A stretch of DNA of 64,000 bases from an uncultured Actinomycetes bacterium. Lineage in GTDB: Bacteria > Actinomycetota > UBA4738 > HRBIN12. The stretch lies in contig CAWCMT010000001.1 of NCBI GenBank assembly GCA_963796725.1, forward strand, positions 628,437 through 692,436, in the 5' to 3' direction. The first letter of the stretch is position 1. Every line of letters begins with the position of its first letter. The position numbers were made by a program, and so were the translations under genes. A model generated the notes under the pieces. That model saw nothing but the letters and a program-made list of their open reading frames with translations. It was not told the DNA's origin and made no database searches. Positions 58,803 through 64,000 of the stretch are shown piece by piece.

Positions 58803-59273
58803 GTGCGCAGGACGGCTCGGTTCACATCGATGATCGTGGTCGCCGGATGCGCGGTCGCGTGCGCCGGACCGGCGTCGTCGCCGTCGCCGAGTGGGTCGTC
58901 GACCACACCGCCCACGCCATCACCGGGTTGTGCCCCCACCATCGTCAACCAGATCCGTGCGGTGTCGCTCTCGTTCGACCGCCCGTGCCTGGCGGTTCCC
59001 CCTGACACGCCGTCGACCCTCGCGTTCGCGAACGACGACGCCGGGGAGTCCCACAACGTCGCTGTCTATCCCCGCCGCAGCTGCCTCGCGCGCGCCGCGA
59101 TGAAGGGCCGACAGCCCCGCTGTGCGGATCCCCTCGGGCCGGCCCTCTTCCGTGGATCGATCATCGTGGGGGTGGACGGCGTCACCTACGATCTTCCCGC
59201 CCTGCCTTCCGGGCGATACGTCTTCCTCTGCGAGGTGCATCCCTACATGCACGGGATCCTGCGCGTCGGCTGA
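58803..59273 (+). CDS. lipoprotein with amicyanin/plastocyanin-type blue-copper domain
   Basis: Intact 156-aa ORF. Lipobox VVAGC. Type-1 Cu ligand pattern SHNVAV ... YVFLCEVHPYMHGILRVG (His, Cys-x2-His-x2-Met). Confidence 0.7.
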   Translation: MRRTARFTSMIVVAGCAVACAGPASSPSPSGSSTTPPTPSPGCAPTIVNQIRAVSLSFDRPCLAVPPDTPSTLAFANDDAGESHNVAVYPRRSCLARAAMKGRQPRCADPLGPALFRGSIIVGVDGVTYDLPALPSGRYVFLCEVHPYMHGILRVG

Positions 59274-59322
59274 GCCAGGTTCACCTTCCGAGCGCTGCTG
59301 CGCTCTGTCAGGGTGGAGGGAG

Positions 59323-59795
59323 TTGACCGATACGCATGATTTCGACGCGATCTGGCGCGAGGCGGGCCCTATGATCTGGCGCGCGGTCTACGCGTACGCC
59401 GGGGCAGGCGTGACGTCGCGGACGACGCCGTTGCCGAGGCATTCGCGCGCGCCATGGCGCGCCCCGACACCGTTCGCGAGCCCGTCCCGTATCTGTATCG
59501 GGTCGCGTTCCGCATCGCTGCCGCCGACCTCAAACAGGGGAACCGTCAGAGCGACCTGCTGGAGACCGATCGCCCGGTCGAGGATCCCGAGCCGGTCGCC
59601 GACCTGATGGCCGCGCTGCGTCGGCTCACGCCATCGCAGCGCGCCGCCGTCTACCTCCACTACCGTGCCGACCTCCCGGTCCGCGAGGTCGCCCGGATCA
59701 TGGGGACCTCGGCCGCCGCGGTGAAGGTTCACCTGATGCGGGGCCGCCGCCGCCTCGCCGAACTCCTCGCCGATCCCGAAGAGGTGGGGGCATGA
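59323..59795 (+). pseudogene. ECF-type sigma factor; one frame break as assembled
   Basis: TTG 59323 after GGTGGAGGG. LTDTHDFDAIWREAGPMIWRAVYAYAG | RDVADDAVAEAFARAMARPDTVREPVPYLYRVAFRIA... (junction about 59403). Region 4 AVYLHYRADLPVREVARIMGTSAAAVKVHLMRGRRRL. Confidence 0.8.
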
Positions 59796-61685
59796 CCGAA
59801 CCCTGGCGCGAGGCCCTCCGAGGTCTCGACGAGGTCGGCCCCGACGCCGCGGTCTACCGACGCGCCGGGGAGGGGCCCTCGCGCGACGAGCCTCCCGAGG
59901 GCCCGAGCCGCGGCAAGCGCATCATCGCCGGCGTCACGGCGGTCGCTGTCTTCGCGCTCGCGGCCGGCTTCGCGTGGCGTGCGTTCCGCCCCACGAGCAC
60001 GTCGAACGCCGTCTCACCACCTCCGTCGCCGGGGTCCGTCGTCCCCCTGGGCGAGGACGGTTCCGTCCTGTGGCCGGAGAACACCAAGGCCGGTCTCCAA
60101 GCCACCCAGGCCCAAGCCGACGCCGGCGACGCGACCGTCGCCTGGAGGTTGGATCCGAGCCAGGTGGCGACGAAGTTCGCCGCGCAGGTCCTCGGCTGGG
60201 ACGAGTCCTCGTACTCGATGACGGAGACCAGTACGGCGTTGATACCCGGCAACGGCAACATCACGGGGAAGAAGCTCGAGCTGTCGCGTTTGGTCGCGCC
60301 GTGTCCGACCCCGGTCGATGGACATGCACTCGGTGCCATGTGCTATGGCGGGACGGAGGACGTCGTACTCGCGCAACCTGTGTCGAGGGGCGGTGGCGGC
60401 ATCTGGTCCGTGCTCTCGGTGAGCGCGCCGGACGCCTCGATCGACGCCCCGACAGGTCAGGTGGTCCGCAGCGGTGACTCGATCGATGCCCATATCTCGG
60501 TGCCCGACGGCCTCAACGGGAGTGCCGGGTTCAAGAGTTGCGGTGGTGCGTCTGGCGTAGGTGGGGTCTCGAGCGGCGACCAGTCGATCGAGGTGGACGC
60601 CGCCACAGGTTGTGGTCAGAGCTCCGCGGGATTCGTCTGGGTCGCTAGCTCGCCGGATCGCTTCGTCGATGCCTCGCTCTACGATCCGATGAACTCAGAT
60701 GCAGCCTTCGTGTCGTTCACGGCGGTGCCGATCGTGGTCTCCATCCCTGAGAACGTGCCCACCGCGACCCCGGCCGCCTCCACGATGTCGCGCTACACCG
60801 ACCCCTCGGGCTGGAGGGTCGCCTACCCCTCGGCCTGGACCGCCAGTCCGATCGACGTTCAGGAGAAAGTGAGCACGCGGGGCGTCGTCATCGCGAATGG
60901 TCCCAACGGGCTCGCATCTCCGAACTCAGCCACCCCCGGACCGATCGGGCCGGATCTCGGATCTGCCGCGTCAGATCTCGTGGCGCTGAGCATCATCACG
61001 ACCTCGGGCGGGCCGCCGATCGGTCTGCCACCAGGCGACGACACCCCGCTGCCGCTCTCCGCCTCGGATCTCAAGGTGATGCCGGGCATCTGTACCACCT
61101 GCCCCGCATCCATGCGCTTCCGGTCGAACGGCGTCGGCTACGAGATCGATCTGTGGGCCGGACCCGACGCTTCCGCGGCGGACGTCGTCGCCGCCAAGTC
61201 GATCATCGAGTCGTTCCGGGGCGCTTCCCTCCATCCGGGCGCGGTGACCGAGGGCTGGACGGCGCTCTCCAAGCCAGCCGGCGGCTTCCCGGTCGGGGTA
61301 GGCACCCCCATCGCCCTGTCGGGGAGGCCGGAACTCCAGGTTCTCGGTGTGATGTTCGTGATGAGGCCCGCGTCCGGCCTCCCGATGTACGCGCTGGACC
61401 TGGTGCCGGACACGTGCGGCGAGGGTCAGGATCAGCGGTGGGATCCTGCCGGCTCAGCAGATCCGCATGACATGTCCCGACGGGACGGTCATCGCCTATG
61501 ACGCCGAGGGTCGGCCCGATCCGGCCAATCCCAGCGCGTTCGACCGGCGGCTCGATGCCTATCCGGTGATCCGATCCTGGGACGGGCAGTTGCTGCTCGG
61601 TGTGGCGGTGCCGGTGATCATGCGACCCCAGTGGATGGCGGTCGGGACGCCCTCGACTTCGGCGGTGCCGCCCCCCTCGCCCTGA
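59792..61685 (+). pseudogene. single-pass membrane protein with a large (~560 aa) extracytoplasmic region of unknown family (candidate anti-sigma); one frame break near the C-terminus
   Basis: The ATG overlaps the sigma stop (ATGA). TM IIAGVTAVAVFALAAGFAW. The ORF runs to 61501, then ...RWDPAG | IRMTCPDGTVIAYDAEGRPDPANPSAF...STSAVPPPSP continues in ORF 61467..61685 (junction about 61455). Confidence 0.5.
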
Positions 61686-61733
61686 CGCATAGCTTCGGGA
61701 CCGGGTCGGACCCGCCTCCGCGCCTACGGTGAG

Positions 61734-63168
61734 TTGGTGACGGCCGTCGTCCTCTTCTCGCGTGACCTGCGGGTCTCTGACCATCCCGCGCTGACGGCCG
61801 CAACCCGCCGTGGCGAGCCGGTCGTCCCCTTGTTCGTGTTGGATCGCAGGCTGCTGGGTCGCTCGCCGAATCGGGACCGGTTCCTGCTCGAATGCCTCGC
61901 CGACCTGGACCGATCGCTCGTCCAGCGAGGCGGTCGCCTCATCACGCGTGCTGGAGACCCGGTCGAGGAAGCCGTGACCATGGCCCTTGCCGCCCGTTGC
62001 GACGCCGTGCATGTCTCCGCCGATGTGAGCTGGTACGCCCTGGCGCGTGAGCGGAAGCTGCGCGAAGCTCTGATCGCCCACGGCATCGCACTCCACGTTC
62101 ATCCCGGCGTCACGGTGATCGAGCCCGGCGAGGTCGTGCCCGTAGGCAAGGAGGTCTACTCGGTCTTCACGCCGTTCTACCGGGCTTGGGCGCAGGCGCC
62201 GCGACGTGACCTGTTGCCCGCGCCTGTCCGAGTGATCGTTCCGCCGGGGATCGATCCCGGAGCGCGGCCGGCACCGGACTCCGTCCTGCCCGAGTCGATC
62301 GATCTGGCCCCCGGCGGGGAGACAGCCGGACGGAAGCATATGGAGTCGTACCTCGTTGGCAACGCGCGGCACTACGCCGACGTTCGCGACGACATGGCGG
62401 CCGACGGGACCTCCCGGCTCTCTCCCTACCTGAGGTTCGGCTGCCTCAGCGCGAGTGAACTCGTATCGGAGGCGCGAGCGGTCAGGGGCGCCGACGACCT
62501 GGTGCGTCAGCTCGCCTGGCGTGACTTCTACGCGCACCTTCTCGCCCACGACCCCGGGATCCAGTGGCGCGACTATCGCGAGCCGCCCGGCGATATCCCC
62601 GCAGACTCCTGAGCACGCCGGCGATCTCTTCGAGCGTTGGCAGATGGGCCGGACCGGGATCCCGCTGGTGGATGCCGGGATGCGACAGCTGCGGCGGGAG
62701 GCTTGGATGCACAACCGGGCGCGGATGGTGGTGGGCTCGTTCCTCACGCGCCGCCTCGGCATCCCGTGGCAGGAGGGGGCCGCGCACTTCATGCGCTGGC
62801 TCCTCGATGGGGACCCTGCGAACAACGCCGGCGGCTGGCAGTGGGTGGCTGGGACGGGCACCGACCCCAGGCGGTCGCGTTCGTTCAACCCGGTGCGTCA
62901 GGCGGAGCGGTTCGATCCCCAAGGAGCGTACGTTCGCCGCTACGTGCGGGAGCTTGCCGGCGCGCCGACCTCGCAGATCTTCGCGCCCTGGAAGTACCCG
63001 GAGTTGCTCCGCGCGACCGGGTACCCAGCGCCTGCGGTGGAGGTGCCGTCGCCAGGGCGGCCCGCCTCCACCGAACCGTCTGGTCCGGGCGTTCCCCCCT
63101 TCCAAGCGGGTGCGCCCGCGCGCCCGGGCCAGACTCAGCTCGTCATGCCCGACCCCACCCCCAGCTAG
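61734..63168 (+). pseudogene. phr: deoxyribodipyrimidine photolyase (cryptochrome/photolyase family); one frame break as assembled
   Basis: VVLFSRDLRVSDHPAL..., TSRLSPYLRFGCLS, LAWRDFYAHLL in ORF 61734..62612. FERWQMGRTGIPLVDAGMRQLRREAWMHNRARMVVGSFL...GGWQWVAGTGTD in ORF 62455..63168. Junction about 62600. Confidence 0.85.
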
Positions 63169-63185
63169 TCTGAGTCAGACTAGCT
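63163..63185. repeat. perfect 23-nt palindrome AGCTAGTCTGA-G-TCAGACTAGCT at a convergent gene junction
   Basis: 11-bp arms contain both stop codons (photolyase TAG 63166-63168; DUF72 TGA on the minus strand 63175-63177). Locally AT-richer than the surroundings. A partial third copy CAGACTCAGCT lies at about 63130. Confidence 0.6.
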
Positions 63186-64000
63186 GCCCCTGGCCCCCCG
63201 CTTGCTCGTCGCCGTCCCCCGCGTCTTCGTCGCCGAGCGTGAGGTGCAGCATCCCGCCCAGTTCCCGGGCGTTACGCACGGCGAAGTCCCGATAGCAGTT
63301 GTTCATCAGTACGTGCGTCTCGCGGGCCTGCTCGGCGAGGGTCTCGATCTTCGGGACCCACCCTTGAAGCTCCCCGGACGGGTAGTCGTACTTGAACCGT
63401 TCCGAGGCGGTGTCGCCCTTGTGCTCCCACGCCAGGAGGTTCCGGCCGTGGAACCGCACCATCGCCAGGTCGTCCGCCGTGGCGGCGGTCACGGGCGGCA
63501 CGCTCGACTCGAACCCCTGCGGCATGTCGACGCAGACGTAGGGCAGGTCGTGCGCCTCCAGGAACCCCAGGGTCTCTTCGGCGTTCTCCGGCGACATCCA
63601 CGACCTGTGCCGGAACTCGACGGCCACGCGGAAGTCGCTGAGACGAGCCGCGCACTCCTCGATGTAGGCCTTGTTCGCGCGGCTGATCGTGAACCACTGG
63701 GGGAACTGGAACAGGACGGCCCCCAGCTTGCCCGCGGAGTGCAGCGGCATCAGGGCGTCGCGGAACCGCTGCCACACCTCGTCCTGCGCCCCCTGGGGCA
63801 ACGCGTCGCGATACACGAACCGCTTCGCGAGGGCCGCTTCGGGCATCTCCGCCTTGATGTCGGCGTAGAGCGAGTCGGGGCGTGTGGGGTGGTTCGTGAG
63901 GAGCGAGTACGCCTTCACGTTGAAGGTGAAGTGCGGTGGGGTGCGTTCGATCCACAGGACGGAGTTCTTCTCCGACGGGGGGTAGTAGTAGGTGGAGTCG
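63175..64000 (-). CDS. DUF72 domain protein (5' end beyond the window)
   Basis: ORF 63175..63918. The frame stays open upstream to the window edge (...STYYYPPSEKNSVLWIERTPPHFTFNVKAYSLL...). Typical DUF72 segments LGAVLFQFPQWF, VAVEFRHRSW. Confidence 0.8.
   Translation of the reverse strand, partial: DSTYYYPPSEKNSVLWIERTPPHFTFNVKAYSLLTNHPTRPDSLYADIKAEMPEAALAKRFVYRDALPQGAQDEVWQRFRDALMPLHSAGKLGAVLFQFPQWFTISRANKAYIEECAARLSDFRVAVEFRHRSWMSPENAEETLGFLEAHDLPYVCVDMPQGFESSVPPVTAATADDLAMVRFHGRNLLAWEHKGDTASERFKYDYPSGELQGWVPKIETLAEQARETHVLMNNCYRDFAVRNARELGGMLHLTLGDEDAGDGDEQAGGQGQLV

Noticed and set aside
1-64000. CRISPR arrays, IS elements or transposases, prophage genes, toxin-antitoxin or known defence systems.
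   Set aside because: I saw no regularly spaced direct repeats, no transposase, integrase or phage-like ORFs, and no recognisable defence gene families on either strand.

Overview
High-GC (about 70% by eye) actinobacterial-type chromosomal core segment. I saw no mobile elements, CRISPR arrays or recognisable defence island.

Gene order: Dyp peroxidase; GNAT/HAD genes; long-form SRP RNA, dnaX, recR (no ybaB); an ECF sigma with a DUF4349 partner; S9 peptidase; ask-asd; a block of GNAT, methyltransferase, Eis-like and MazG genes. Next comes a five-gene lipid-type operon (fatty acyl-CoA reductase::HAD-IB fusion, Zn-ADH, LarA-like, PlsC-type acyltransferase, TetR), then rpsD and a thiol-redox neighbourhood (glutaredoxin::thioredoxin-reductase fusion beside a ZAS anti-sigma/ECF sigma pair). 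These are followed by NlpC/P60 hydrolase, tRNA-Pro(CGG), a class A PBP, NfeD, whiB, RidA, selB-selA, a solitary nuoD paralogue, acyl-CoA dehydrogenase and a BNR/sialidase-like protein. The window ends with Nudix/MBL, a Crp plus cNMP-binding pair, adnA-adnB, a site-2 protease, two more ECF sigma modules (one with tandem cupredoxin-like domains), photolyase and DUF72.

The dominant anomaly is that about 27 of about 65 genes cannot be translated in one frame. By eye there are about 70 seamless single-base frame changes plus one clean in-frame TAG in whiB. They cluster strongly at 32.2-42.2 kb and 49.8-54.0 kb. I think most are consensus or assembly indels rather than biology. This must be checked, because it decides whether selAB, PBP1A, adnAB and the lipid operon are functional.

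I did not find a convincing novel multi-gene system. The best follow-up candidates are the ECF/cupredoxin module, the reductase-LarA-acyltransferase operon and the Grx::TrxR redox neighbourhood. All coordinates of frame junctions are approximate and read by eye.
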